Part shown: positions 1-9,027 of the stretch, piece by piece
Layout of the letters: each line of letters starts with the position of its first letter
Position numbering within the stretch: the stretch's first letter is position 1
Source of the DNA: an uncultured virus (IMG/VR IMGVR_UViG_3300027749_000091)
Lineage: Duplodnaviria > Heunggongvirae > Uroviricota > Caudoviricetes
Virus record (IMG/VR): IMGVR_UViG_3300027749_000091
Length of the DNA stretch: 64,000 nt
Direction: 5' to 3' (one strand)
Notes under the pieces: model-generated
Database searches by the model: none
What the model saw: only the letters and a program-made list of their open reading frames with translations
Told to the model about the DNA's origin: nothing
Position numbers and translations under genes: made by a program

Positions 1-44
1 TCTTTCAGTAGTTGTGCGCGTGAAATAGCCATTTAATTAGCTCC

Positions 45-668
45 TTAAACGTAATTCTGGGCCGCAGCCAACAGAATTTGGGGGTTAGTGAACTTCACGA
101 TAACTTCCGTGTAGGCGTTTGAGCCAGTGGCTGTCTCAGGAACTACTGCAATCACACGAACAGGTGCTACTGCTGCGTTACCGCTACCAACTACTGGAGC
201 AATAAGCGAAACGGCGGAATCACCAGTAGTGGTGGATCCTGTACCTTGACGTAGAGTTTGGTTCGTACCAACGATAGACGAGTTAGCTGTCGTAATAGTA
301 GTGTTACCAGAATAGGTAATAGCTACTTTAAACGCTGCCATAGGATCGTCAACAACATAGCCGAAAGCCGAGCTTACAGAATTACCGGGGTAATACTGAG
401 CTTGAACAGTTTGACTCTGACCGTTAATGTACTGAACACCAACAAAAACACCATAAGTTAAGTTAGCGGTGTTGTCTGTGGTTGAATCAATAGTAACGTT
501 CGATTTAATAATATTGCCACCTTTGATCATTACAACGTCACCGTCAAAAATCGCAGTATTATAAGTACTGGAAATTGGCAGTAGACGGGTCGCGCCAGCA
601 TATGGCAGGAAGTCTACTCGGTTGACGGGGATTAGACCGTAGGGAGCAGAAACGGTTGGATAAGCCAT
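45..668 (-). CDS. Virion structural protein, probable capsid decoration/cement protein (allele A)
   Basis: 207 aa, beta-rich, immediately upstream of the major capsid gene, GGAG RBS. Function inferred from position. Confidence 0.55.
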   Translation of the reverse strand: MAYPTVSAPYGLIPVNRVDFLPYAGATRLLPISSTYNTAIFDGDVVMIKGGNIIKSNVTIDSTTDNTANLTYGVFVGVQYINGQSQTVQAQYYPGNSVSSAFGYVVDDPMAAFKVAITYSGNTTITTANSSIVGTNQTLRQGTGSTTTGDSAVSLIAPVVGSGNAAVAPVRVIAVVPETATGSNAYTEVIVKFTNPQILLAAAQNYV

Positions 669-690
669 TTAAATCTCCTAGATAAAAAAA

Positions 691-1140
691 TTAAGAACCT
701 TTACCAAAGCTTGTCGAGGATTTACGCTCTGAAAAGAGAGGCATCCTTGGGTCACTTTGGCGCATAAGATTATTGTCTACAGCATCCGTTTGGGCTTGGC
801 TTTGCTTCGCATAGTGTGCGTTGCGCTGCTGTACAAACTCAGTCGGAGTCTTGCAAAGTAATAATCCACCGATCTCAATATTGTCCTTAAAGCGACTATT
901 GGGATCAATTAAGAGTTGAAATTTAGGTTGTTCTTCTACTCTAACGGGTTCCCAACCTTCTCTCAGTTTTGCTGAAAGATTGCGAGGATCTGCTACGTTT
1001 AGATTCGAGACACGAACCCACCGATACGAAAAACCAGCCTCTTTGTCAGGCTCAGGGAGCAGCTCAGGTTGCGACCACTCTGTAGGACGCTCATAAGTTG
1101 CACGGGTTTCTACATCACGTTTTATTCTTACTTCAGCCAT
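691..1140 (-). CDS. Phage head-module hypothetical protein
   Basis: 149 aa, near-identical copy at 63012-63461. Confidence 0.6.
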   Translation of the reverse strand: MAEVRIKRDVETRATYERPTEWSQPELLPEPDKEAGFSYRWVRVSNLNVADPRNLSAKLREGWEPVRVEEQPKFQLLIDPNSRFKDNIEIGGLLLCKTPTEFVQQRNAHYAKQSQAQTDAVDNNLMRQSDPRMPLFSERKSSTSFGKGS

Positions 1141-2104
1141 TTTGGGCCTCCAATTTAGTTAGTTCACGGGCATATTGCTCAGGGGTCAGTCCTAGTTTTT
1201 TAGACAAGAGAACTTGCGTTTTGCTCAGACGTACTTTTTTAGGGGACGTACTGCGCGTTGCTGGCGCTACTACCGTGCTAGCTTTTGGTCGACTCTCCTT
1301 TGCAGGTTCGTCTTCGTTAGTATCCTCGAAATTTTCGGGGAATCGTTTACGCATTGTGTTATCAATGCGGCTATAGTACTCATCAGATCCAGCCGATATA
1401 CCACTGCGAACTAACTTTTCATGTAATCCTAGAGCAAGACTGGTCATTTCTTCATCTTGACCAAACCAATCATTTCGTTTTTGCCAGCTTACTGCTTTAT
1501 GATCGGGCGCGTTGACTTGCTGATTATTGCTTTGTACATCGTTTTCTTCATCTTGTAAAGCTTTTTGGTAGACAGGCTGATAATTCTGCGCCTTGTCCAT
1601 CCGCAAACTAGCTGCGGTCATTTTTTCCTGCGCTTCTAGAAGCTTGTCTGCATCACCAGATTCGTACGCGGATTTAAATTCAGCTTTCGCCATATCCATT
1701 TCGCGCGCAGTTGCCTGTTTTACTGTGTCAACATAGGCTGTTTCACCATTAAAAAGGCGTTCTTTGAGGTTTTTATTCTCATCCATAACCCGTTTTGTGA
1801 TGCGAATAGCTTCTTGTTGCTCGCGTAAAGCGGCTTCTTTGGCTCTGCGTTCATCATGCCAGACCTTTTTTAGCTGTTTAAGCTTGTCTTTAGCGTCATC
1901 TTGGTACTTATCTAGCTCGGTTTCTTCCAATTCCTTAACAACTGAGGGATGTAAATTCTTACGATCACGGTCAGCGGGTGGGGTATCGTCTTCAATCTCG
2001 ATATCTAAGTCAGATTTAGCCTCAACTTCAGGTTCTGGTGCTTTTTTCTCTTCTATTTCGTCAGGAAATTCAAATTCTTCCATATCTTGCTGGTTTTCAG
2101 CCAT
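1133..2104 (-). CDS. Probable capsid scaffolding protein
   Basis: Acidic N-terminus, long coiled coil and basic C-terminal helix (LSKKLGLTPEQYAREL). Lies between portal and capsid genes. Confidence 0.6.
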   Translation of the reverse strand: MAENQQDMEEFEFPDEIEEKKAPEPEVEAKSDLDIEIEDDTPPADRDRKNLHPSVVKELEETELDKYQDDAKDKLKQLKKVWHDERRAKEAALREQQEAIRITKRVMDENKNLKERLFNGETAYVDTVKQATAREMDMAKAEFKSAYESGDADKLLEAQEKMTAASLRMDKAQNYQPVYQKALQDEENDVQSNNQQVNAPDHKAVSWQKRNDWFGQDEEMTSLALGLHEKLVRSGISAGSDEYYSRIDNTMRKRFPENFEDTNEDEPAKESRPKASTVVAPATRSTSPKKVRLSKTQVLLSKKLGLTPEQYARELTKLEAQNG

Positions 2105-2114
2105 GTTTTACTCC

Positions 2115-2525
2115 TTAAGCGCGTTTGATGCCACGAGGATCCTGAACTACGGATTCTACGGAGTCATCATTGATGAGTCGGAACTCACGACCATGTATTA
2201 AGAGGCGTGTTCCAGCGTTTGGTCTAACAATTACAAAGTCGCCCTGCTTACACCAAGGACCCGTAGGGAACCTTTTATCGTCTTTGTAACAATCAGGACC
2301 CAAATGAACCACGAATAGTACTGTTGCCAGCTTTTCTTCGTAATTAATGGTGTCGCTAGACTTTAATATGCCACTTTCGTACTCTTCTTCAGCCTCTGGG
2401 ATAGCGCATAGGATGCGGTAGCCTGATGGTATTGGAAGTTGTCGTGCTTTTTCATCTGCTTCTTTGTTGAGTAATGCTGATAAATCTACCGCTCGATCTA
2501 AATCTACTACCGTTTGGTCACTCAT
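2115..2525 (-). CDS. groES: GroES/Cpn10-like co-chaperonin
   Basis: PSGYRILC...SGIL...VHLGP...KQGDFVI...GTRLLIHGREFRLINDDSV matches the Cpn10 pattern. Start taken at MSDQ (2525). Confidence 0.85.
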   Translation of the reverse strand: MSDQTVVDLDRAVDLSALLNKEADEKARQLPIPSGYRILCAIPEAEEEYESGILKSSDTINYEEKLATVLFVVHLGPDCYKDDKRFPTGPWCKQGDFVIVRPNAGTRLLIHGREFRLINDDSVESVVQDPRGIKRA

Positions 2526-2715
2526 CCGAGTTCTCCACGTTTTTTGCAAGGTCTGCGATAAAAAGACGGGCGGTCAACAGACCTTGAACTTCACCACACA
2601 TCTTTTGGTAGTCGGAATAGTCTTTAGCTGCTCCTGTACCAAGGGATTCCTGCAATCGTTGAACTTTGTCATCTATCTTTTCAGTCAGATGATTAAGCGC
2701 TTTTTCTAACATCAT
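2518..2715 (-). CDS. Small helical hypothetical protein downstream of portal
   Basis: 65 aa, coupled to the portal stop codon. Confidence 0.6.
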   Translation of the reverse strand: MMLEKALNHLTEKIDDKVQRLQESLGTGAAKDYSDYQKMCGEVQGLLTARLFIADLAKNVENSDE

Positions 2716-5207
2716 TAACCTTTATTCGTTTGTTTGGACATCATTTGGTTGTGCTTGGCAATGTCCACTCCAAGTTTGTTTGCTTCCGATGTTGACTTAG
2801 ACATAAGTCTTGCAGATTCAATTTCGCGTTGAATTTGGAGGTCTGCATTGTCTTTTTGTACCTTAGCGTTTATTTGCATTCCCGCTATACGTTCTTGTGA
2901 TGCAATTCGTTCTTGCTCTATCTGCATTTGTTGTGCCTTAGCCTGCGCATCAGACTGTGCTTTCATTTGCTTAGTTTGAGCTTCTTGAGCCTTAATTTGT
3001 AACTCTTGTTGTTGAATTTGAATCAACGGATCTTGGGCAGCCTGTTGCGCTTGTTGCGCTGCAATAGCCGTTTTATCCATTTGCAATAACTTTTGTGCTG
3101 CGGGCGCGGCTAAACGAGCAATCTGAAGTTCAACCTCTTCAGACATTTCATAGTCATCTTCCTCACTATAAGGAATTGGAACGCCAATCATATCTTCCAT
3201 TTGTTGGCGATATGCGTAACCCAAATGCTCTTGAATATGCGCCATTAACGCGCCCATAATCATTTGAGCTTGTGGGTTTTGACCAATCGTTTGCATAATT
3301 TTTGGATCTTGCATCATTGCCGTATGGACAGCAATATGGGCATCGTGATCCTGATATATAAATGCTTTCAAGGGTTTACCCTTAAGATTATCCATATTCT
3401 CAGTAATTGGATCGCGCGGTTTTTGATCGTCTGGTAAAGGTACTAGCTTTGATGCATCCTTGATTCCCAGCACATCTAACATCTGACGATGCAGCAATGG
3501 CATATTGTAAAGTTGTGGGGCGCCTTGAGCTAATTGAAGAGCAGCTTGATACTGCATAATCTTTTGGCTCATTGTTGCGGCATTAGGATCAGATACTGGA
3601 ATAACTTCTACATTGTCGTAGTCTGACTTCTTAGCCCTACGATCACCTTCTGATGGATCATATGAATATTCTTCAGGCGTGTAATCTGCAATAATTGTTT
3701 TTAATAACTTAAACTCGCGTTTCATTGAATAATGAATGCGGGCTTGTACGGCAGACATGACCTTAAGGGTTCTTTCCAGAATAGCTAGGGTTGTCCCTAC
3801 TGGGGTATTCCCTGACATATCCGCAACCTTAAGATCGGCTGCTGAGGCAAAGCGTCTACCTTCGTCTACGATCTTATCAAGCAACCCAGCCAGAACCATT
3901 GATGGTTCTTTGTACGGCAAGGTCATAATGTTGTCTTTCATCGTACCACTTGGTACGTCAACATCACGGAATTCTCCCGGTGCTATCGGCGTGTCGTCTC
4001 CTTTAACACGCAATCCACGGGTCTTAAAGCCACCCGGCAAGTTTGAAAGTGACCCTGCATCAACGAGTTGGCGGAGGATACTAGTGCCTGACTTAGCAAA
4101 AGCCCCGATAAGATGAATAAGACCAAAACAATAGAAGCCAAAACCGGGAATATAACCGTAGTGAACAAAGTGCTGCCGTTTCTTATGAGTTTCATCATCT
4201 TGATTCCAATTTCTCCTGATTGCTAAAACTGAATTACTGCCCTTTTCAATCGTTACAACATAGGGCAATGCAATTCCCGTAGCTTCTCCGTCATCATCTT
4301 CATGCTCGTAACCCTCTAAGTCTAGGTCAACGTGCATCTCCAAAACTTTAAAACGATCGTCTGAGGTAGCTCTAAAGCCAAGCTTTTCAGCAATTTTCTT
4401 TTCTACTTCATCTAATACATTGTCTGGTTCTCCAAGATCTATATCTCTATAGAATCCTGCAACCTGAAGTTTGCGTAGTTCATTTTCGCTTTTGCGCATT
4501 ACATGGGTGACGCGCTCTGCGGACTCAAGGCTTGAAGCTCCGTAAGGAACAACAATATCTTCCGCAGGAACATACATAGCTACCTGACGCTGAAGGCTTG
4601 GGTCGTAATAAATTTTCTTAAATGCGTTACCTGCGATTCCTAAACCCCAGAGTAAACGCTCTTGCTCAGGACGATATTCTTGCATTACGTCCGTTAATTG
4701 ATAGTTCATATCCGCTTGAACACGTTCCGCGGCAGCTTTCTTTTCAGGCGTTTCTTTACCAATGATCTGGGTCTTTACTGGGCCTGATGCTGGAAACGTT
4801 TCCATAATTGTTTCAGACTGGAACTTAACAACGGCCTCTGAAAGCAATGGGTGGTAAACGCCACAGGCGCCGGGCCATGGTTCCATGCGGTCTTCGATCT
4901 TCATTCCTAAAAGTTCTAGTCCGTCTACATAGGCTTGAATCCAATCTTTGCGGGAAGCAATGTCCGCATCAAAGTCGCCCGCTAAATCTCCAGCAATCTG
5001 GGATAGCGTACCTTCGCTCATATACTCAGCTAGGTTTGCGCCAAAGTCTTCATCAGTCTCTTCTTCTGGTTCAAGGCTAATTTCTAAGCCATCCATACCA
5101 ATAGTTACTGATTCTGGGTCCTCAATCTCAATATCAAGATCAGGTTCTTCTGCCACCAAAGAATCAATTCCTTCGGGTAGTTGGTATAGTGCTTTTTCAA
5201 TTGCCAT
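2715..5207 (-). CDS. Portal protein
   Basis: 830 aa directly after TerL, with a Gln-rich coiled-coil C-terminal barrel typical of P22-like portals. Confidence 0.85.
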   Translation of the reverse strand: MAIEKALYQLPEGIDSLVAEEPDLDIEIEDPESVTIGMDGLEISLEPEEETDEDFGANLAEYMSEGTLSQIAGDLAGDFDADIASRKDWIQAYVDGLELLGMKIEDRMEPWPGACGVYHPLLSEAVVKFQSETIMETFPASGPVKTQIIGKETPEKKAAAERVQADMNYQLTDVMQEYRPEQERLLWGLGIAGNAFKKIYYDPSLQRQVAMYVPAEDIVVPYGASSLESAERVTHVMRKSENELRKLQVAGFYRDIDLGEPDNVLDEVEKKIAEKLGFRATSDDRFKVLEMHVDLDLEGYEHEDDDGEATGIALPYVVTIEKGSNSVLAIRRNWNQDDETHKKRQHFVHYGYIPGFGFYCFGLIHLIGAFAKSGTSILRQLVDAGSLSNLPGGFKTRGLRVKGDDTPIAPGEFRDVDVPSGTMKDNIMTLPYKEPSMVLAGLLDKIVDEGRRFASAADLKVADMSGNTPVGTTLAILERTLKVMSAVQARIHYSMKREFKLLKTIIADYTPEEYSYDPSEGDRRAKKSDYDNVEVIPVSDPNAATMSQKIMQYQAALQLAQGAPQLYNMPLLHRQMLDVLGIKDASKLVPLPDDQKPRDPITENMDNLKGKPLKAFIYQDHDAHIAVHTAMMQDPKIMQTIGQNPQAQMIMGALMAHIQEHLGYAYRQQMEDMIGVPIPYSEEDDYEMSEEVELQIARLAAPAAQKLLQMDKTAIAAQQAQQAAQDPLIQIQQQELQIKAQEAQTKQMKAQSDAQAKAQQMQIEQERIASQERIAGMQINAKVQKDNADLQIQREIESARLMSKSTSEANKLGVDIAKHNQMMSKQTNKG

Positions 5208-5215
5208 AGTTTTTC

Positions 5216-6700
5216 CTAGTAATACGCGGTTTTGCGTCTATAAATTGGTTCATCTACTTCGTCTGTTGGTAGTCGAATAAACCCGCCTTTCCTGAAACGG
5301 ATCAAAGCTTGAGTGGAAGAGTCCACTAAGTCATCGTGATCCGAGTTTGGGAAAGCAGCCATTTCTTCGATTACTTCATCAGCCCACCTTTTGCCGGGCG
5401 CCCACACCTTGCCAGACGCAAATAAATCTGTTACGGAATTCAGCCTTGCTATCTTATCATTACCGCGGGTGGGTGTAAACTCTGTTACTGGTATCCCCAT
5501 ACGTCTTAGTTCAAATATAAGTGGCGTTCCTGAGGCTTTTGCCTCCACGATGAAGGCGTCGGGTTCCCATTCTTTGTACATCTTAAAAGCGCGCTCTTTC
5601 AGTTCTGGGAACTCTAGTCTTTCTTTCATCGCATCTAAAAGAATAATATTAGGCTGCATCTCATCTTCATTAAGATAAAAAACTCCCCATGTTGTACAGG
5701 CAGAATAGTCTGATCTTTCATTCTTAGTAAACGCCGTATCCCAAGATTGGATAATAAATTCGCATTGAGGTGGGTTTTCCTTTTCCCACTTTTGCCACCA
5801 ATCTCTCTTGACTAGGGCGCCCTCTTCTGAGGTAGGACTTTGTTGATACTGCGCGTTCCACTTAGAAACAGGCAGTTCTTCTTTTAAGGCCAGTAGTTCA
5901 TTTAGGGGCCAGAACGCAGGCCATAATGGTTTTTCGCTAGGTAGAATTGCGGGAAAACTAATAACTTCCCACTCATCGCCGTCGCGCTCGAAGGCCGATT
6001 TTAAAATTCTTCCAGTTAAATCTTTTAGGCTCCAGCGGGTCATAACGACCACAATCGCTCCTCCCGGCTGAAGTCGTTGTCTTGGGCCAGAGGAATACCA
6101 TTCAAAAACCTTATCGTAAACCTCAGGGTTTGTTGCGGCAATCGCGGCCTCTTGTTCCGAATGGGGATCGTCAATAATCAAAAGGTCCGCACCTTTACCA
6201 GTAACGGTACCGCCGACACCAATAGCGAAGTAAGTACCGCCTTTATTTGTATCCCACCGCCCCGCAGCCTTAGAGTCTGACTTCAAATCTACCGCAGGAA
6301 AAACTTCATGGTACTGGGATGAACCTACCAAGTTCCGTACTTTTCGTCCAAAGCCAACAGCCAGCTCCGCAGTATTGGAACACTGGATAATCTTCTTATC
6401 AGGGAACTTTCCCAGAAACCACGCAGGAAGCATGAAACTAGCAAACTCAGACTTAGTATGGCGAGGAGGCATATTAATAATAAGACGACGAAGTTTTCCA
6501 TCTGCTATATCCTGAAATTTCTGCGCCATAATTTTATGGTGGGCGCCGTTGATAAATCCGGGCCACATTTGGTGGACAAAAGCCATAAAGTCATTCTGTG
6601 CTTTTTCCCGCCGTAATGAGTCCGCGTACTCCTGTGCCATAGCAAACAAAGTTTCTTGTTCGTCCGCAGGAAGGCTTTCGATTAGTTTTTCTAGCTTCAC
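5216..6700 (-). CDS. terL: Terminase large subunit
   Basis: Walker A variant NMPPRHTKS, Walker B LLIIDDP, coupling motif MTRW, nuclease motifs QSWDTA and HDDLVDS. Confidence 0.95.
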   Translation of the reverse strand: MKLEKLIESLPADEQETLFAMAQEYADSLRREKAQNDFMAFVHQMWPGFINGAHHKIMAQKFQDIADGKLRRLIINMPPRHTKSEFASFMLPAWFLGKFPDKKIIQCSNTAELAVGFGRKVRNLVGSSQYHEVFPAVDLKSDSKAAGRWDTNKGGTYFAIGVGGTVTGKGADLLIIDDPHSEQEAAIAATNPEVYDKVFEWYSSGPRQRLQPGGAIVVVMTRWSLKDLTGRILKSAFERDGDEWEVISFPAILPSEKPLWPAFWPLNELLALKEELPVSKWNAQYQQSPTSEEGALVKRDWWQKWEKENPPQCEFIIQSWDTAFTKNERSDYSACTTWGVFYLNEDEMQPNIILLDAMKERLEFPELKERAFKMYKEWEPDAFIVEAKASGTPLIFELRRMGIPVTEFTPTRGNDKIARLNSVTDLFASGKVWAPGKRWADEVIEEMAAFPNSDHDDLVDSSTQALIRFRKGGFIRLPTDEVDEPIYRRKTAYY

Positions 6701-6921
6701 TCTAGTTTATGCACCCTAATATACGAAGGCCGAATACTCCGCGCGTGTCTGGGCAGCATCTTGCAATACCCTAACTCTACTAATTTCTTCATAGTACGAT
6801 GTACATTACCTCTACCCTTATCGCCCGTCATTGACATAATGTAATCTATGGAAGGACCAAACCCATGCATCTTCCAATGCTCATTAATAATCCTATAGAT
6901 GTAGGCTTGCTTATCAGTCAT
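6697..6921 (-). CDS. LexA-like winged-HTH DNA-binding protein without a peptidase domain
   Basis: MTDKQ..IY.II...G.GPS...IM...G.K...VH..MK.L.E.GY.....ARSIR follows the LexA N-terminal domain pattern. Only 74 aa. Confidence 0.7.
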   Translation of the reverse strand: MTDKQAYIYRIINEHWKMHGFGPSIDYIMSMTGDKGRGNVHRTMKKLVELGYCKMLPRHARSIRPSYIRVHKLE

Positions 6922-6977
6922 GGGTGATCGGTTTAGCAGATATCTGACAAACCGCTTTTTTAAAAATATACATACCC

Positions 6978-7841
6978 CTACCCATTTTGTTTAGAAACAG
7001 AAGGGGGGGTGTTCCCTGTAGAAACTTCTTGCCAATCGGGGTGGTTTTTTGTGCCCCCACCCCCCTCTTCCGAGTCATTTCTATGTGGTAACGTTTCCAC
7101 ATGAGCGTAACTCGTTGATTCTATTGGGGCGTTTTTAGAGGAAATGGATTTGGATGAGGATTGGGTGTCTGGATTACTATGTATTAATGGAGTCCCGCTA
7201 GTTTTTAAAAAGGGTGGGTCGGGGTCGGGTGGGGTCGCGCCCGCGCCGTCCTCGAAAGGGGCTGGCCTCGCTTGCCCGCTGATTTCTGCTAGCAAGTCGA
7301 TAGCGTCCTGATCGTCCATATCTATAGTGTTAGCTTGCATGGCTTCCTTGATCTGTGCCATTAGATCGGCGCGTATCTTATCGCTGGACTTGTGGACTAT
7401 CTGCTCGCTTACGGTTTTATAAACCGATAGCTCTGCAACCTGTCCTAGCTTAGATAGCGCTTGTATGCGCTCGCCAGCCTTACTATTGGGATCTGTGGCT
7501 TCCTTAGTGAGTTGAGATACTACAAGGGAACGCAACCGCCTGATCATTTCAGCACTTGTCTGGTAATCAACATATGCTTTAGCCCGCTCTAGAGCCTCGA
7601 CCTCTGCCTGTATTCTGCTATCTTTTGCCAATCTGCTCGCATTGTCGCTCATGGTCTTGCGCTTGCCCTTGTGCTGGTAGGCTTTATCGAATGCTTCCGT
7701 CTGGTTGAGGCCATCTACTAACCCCCGCGCAAACTGTTTCTGCTTATGGGTTAGATTGCGCTGGTTACCTAATATGACCTCTGGGGGCAACTGTGCCAGA
7801 CTGTTCTTTATTTGTTCTTTGTTTAGCTTTGGTATCTTCAT
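6978..7841 (-). CDS. terS: Terminase small subunit
   Basis: LTHKQKQFARGLVDGLNQTEAFDKAY...ASRL N-terminal HTH of TerS. Upstream of TerL. Confidence 0.8.
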   Translation of the reverse strand: MKIPKLNKEQIKNSLAQLPPEVILGNQRNLTHKQKQFARGLVDGLNQTEAFDKAYQHKGKRKTMSDNASRLAKDSRIQAEVEALERAKAYVDYQTSAEMIRRLRSLVVSQLTKEATDPNSKAGERIQALSKLGQVAELSVYKTVSEQIVHKSSDKIRADLMAQIKEAMQANTIDMDDQDAIDLLAEISGQARPAPFEDGAGATPPDPDPPFLKTSGTPLIHSNPDTQSSSKSISSKNAPIESTSYAHVETLPHRNDSEEGGGGTKNHPDWQEVSTGNTPPSVSKQNG

Positions 7842-7885
7842 TTAATGGGTATATATTAGGAATTGAGCCTATATTACCACAAACA

Positions 7886-7901
7886 CTGTATAAGCATACA
7901 G
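7886..7901. promoter_or_regulatory. LexA (SOS) box upstream of terS
   Basis: CTGT-ATAAGCAT-ACAG, a perfect CTGT-N8-ACAG, next to a minus-strand TGG-TAATAT -10-like element. Confidence 0.75.
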
Positions 7902-8071
7902 TAGTTTAGTGGATTACAGGTATCTGCTTTATGTTCTCTCCCTACTAGATTACCGACTAAGCTATTCCAGAACGAAAGATTAGCGGGCTTTTAAACTTGA
8001 TCGCGCACTAGCTCACCGAATGAGCCATTGGTAAATAAGCAACATAATAACCCTACGCATTACTCAAGTAA

Positions 8072-8100
8072 TTGCACAAGTTAATTACTTATGATCTAAT
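8072..8100 (+). promoter_or_regulatory. Sigma70-type promoter of the early region
   Basis: TTGCAC-17 bp-TCTAAT with a TGn extension. Confidence 0.6.
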
Positions 8101-8155
8101 GGTGTTTCATGCAATACATGACAGAAGTTAAACACAATAGATAAAAGGGTTCGAG

Positions 8156-8323
8156 ATGAAAACAACAGTTAAAGAAGCAGATAAATTGGCAATTGCTTTT
8201 TACCATGCAGCAATAGCTCAGGGATTAACAGAAGAAAAAGCCCAAATGCTTTTAAACAATGTTTGGGACGTAATGGTTCACGGAAAGCCCCAAGAAGAAC
8301 AGTTACCTAGCCAATTTTATTAA
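8156..8323 (+). CDS. Small early hypothetical protein (55 aa; absent from ORF track)
   Basis: Open frame ATG8156 to TAA8323 (MKTTVKEADKLAIAF...), directly before hammerhead 1. Confidence 0.6.
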   Translation: MKTTVKEADKLAIAFYHAAIAQGLTEEKAQMLLNNVWDVMVHGKPQEEQLPSQFY

Positions 8324-8326
8324 CTA

Positions 8327-8378
8327 GATCGAAACGGGTTCGCGCCCGTCTTAGCGTATTGCGCTAACTGATGAGATC
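8327..8378 (+). ncRNA. Hammerhead ribozyme, type II (copy 1)
   Basis: GAUC-GAAA-CGGG(uucgcg)CCCG-UC^-UUAGCG(uauug)CGCUAA-CUGAUGA-GAUC. All core nucleotides and three stems present; predicted cut after C8350. Confidence 0.93.
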
Positions 8379-8397
8379 AATTAACTTAGAGGAAATT

Positions 8398-8751
8398 ATG
8401 AAATTAAACTACAAGGCTTTTTGCTTTTCCTGTAAGCAAGGGGAACATAACATTCCCGCCCAATGGTATTTAACAGGCCACAACGGAAATAAACCTTTTC
8501 GCGGGTATGTTTGTGGAGATCATTACGAGATGATGGCTAATGATGGCATAGTAACTAATGCGCGCTGGATTGACATTAATGCTATCACCAGCTATTACAC
8601 CGCTTACAGTAATTTTGACCATATGATTCGCGCCTATATCGGGACACCTTATACCCCAACATTAAGGCCTGATGTAGAGCCTGATCTAGCTATTTTAAAG
8701 CGCGCATTTAATGACCGCATGACCGAATTAGGACAAGAAAACCGCGCATAG
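8398..8751 (+). CDS. Early hypothetical protein with possible Zn-binding motif, flanked by hammerheads
   Basis: RBS AGAGGA then ATG8398. Contains CFSC...CGDH. Confidence 0.7.
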   Translation: MKLNYKAFCFSCKQGEHNIPAQWYLTGHNGNKPFRGYVCGDHYEMMANDGIVTNARWIDINAITSYYTAYSNFDHMIRAYIGTPYTPTLRPDVEPDLAILKRAFNDRMTELGQENRA

Positions 8752-8802
8752 ATCGAAACCCGCGCAAGCGGGTCTAAGGGTTTAGCCCTTACTGATGAGA
8801 TC
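8751..8802 (+). ncRNA. Hammerhead ribozyme, type II (copy 2)
   Basis: GAUC-GAAA-CCCGC(gcaa)GCGGG-UC^-UAAGGG(uuuag)CCCUUA-CUGAUGA-GAUC. Stems differ from copy 1 but pair fully; predicted cut after C8774. Confidence 0.93.
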
Positions 8803-8821
8803 AATTAACTTAGAGGAAATT

Positions 8822-9025
8822 ATGCAAACAATTCAAAAGATTACAGAAAAACAAGCATTAGAAATGTATGACGATATGCTGGACGATTGCTACGGCGAGG
8901 TTAATGTTTGCGGGTATACCTACACCGCTAGCTATGCTCTAGAAGAATTGGACCCTATTGCCTATCGTTGTGGATTTAATGACTATATGGCAAACCTTGA
9001 AGATGAATACGAAATCGAGGATTAA
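8822..9025 (+). CDS. Small acidic early hypothetical protein
   Basis: RBS AGAGGA then ATG8822. YDDMLDDCYG...DPIAYRCGFNDY. Confidence 0.7.
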   Translation: MQTIQKITEKQALEMYDDMLDDCYGEVNVCGYTYTASYALEELDPIAYRCGFNDYMANLEDEYEIED

Positions 9026-9027
9026 TT

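Larger units (their letters stand above)
1..1673. repeat. Terminal direct repeat, copy 1 (diverged from copy 2)
   Basis: Position 1 (tctttcagtagttgtgcgcgtg) recurs at 62319. The two stay colinear to 1673 = 64000, with substitutions and two in-frame indels. Confidence 0.97.

Noticed and set aside
6960..7260. G/C homopolymer runs in the terS 3' end as a G-quadruplex or pac site
   Set aside because: Explainable by Pro/Gly codons in a disordered tail. A pac site cannot be supported without read termini.
8371..8397. ORF-track starts MRSINLEEI at 8371 and 8795
   Set aside because: The ATG is part of the ribozyme CUGAUGA core. The real starts follow the AGAGGA RBS at 8398 and 8822.
8327..8824. Direct repeats read as a CRISPR array or attC sites
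   Set aside because: Only two units 424 nt apart, no cas or integron integrase, and fully explained by the hammerhead fold.
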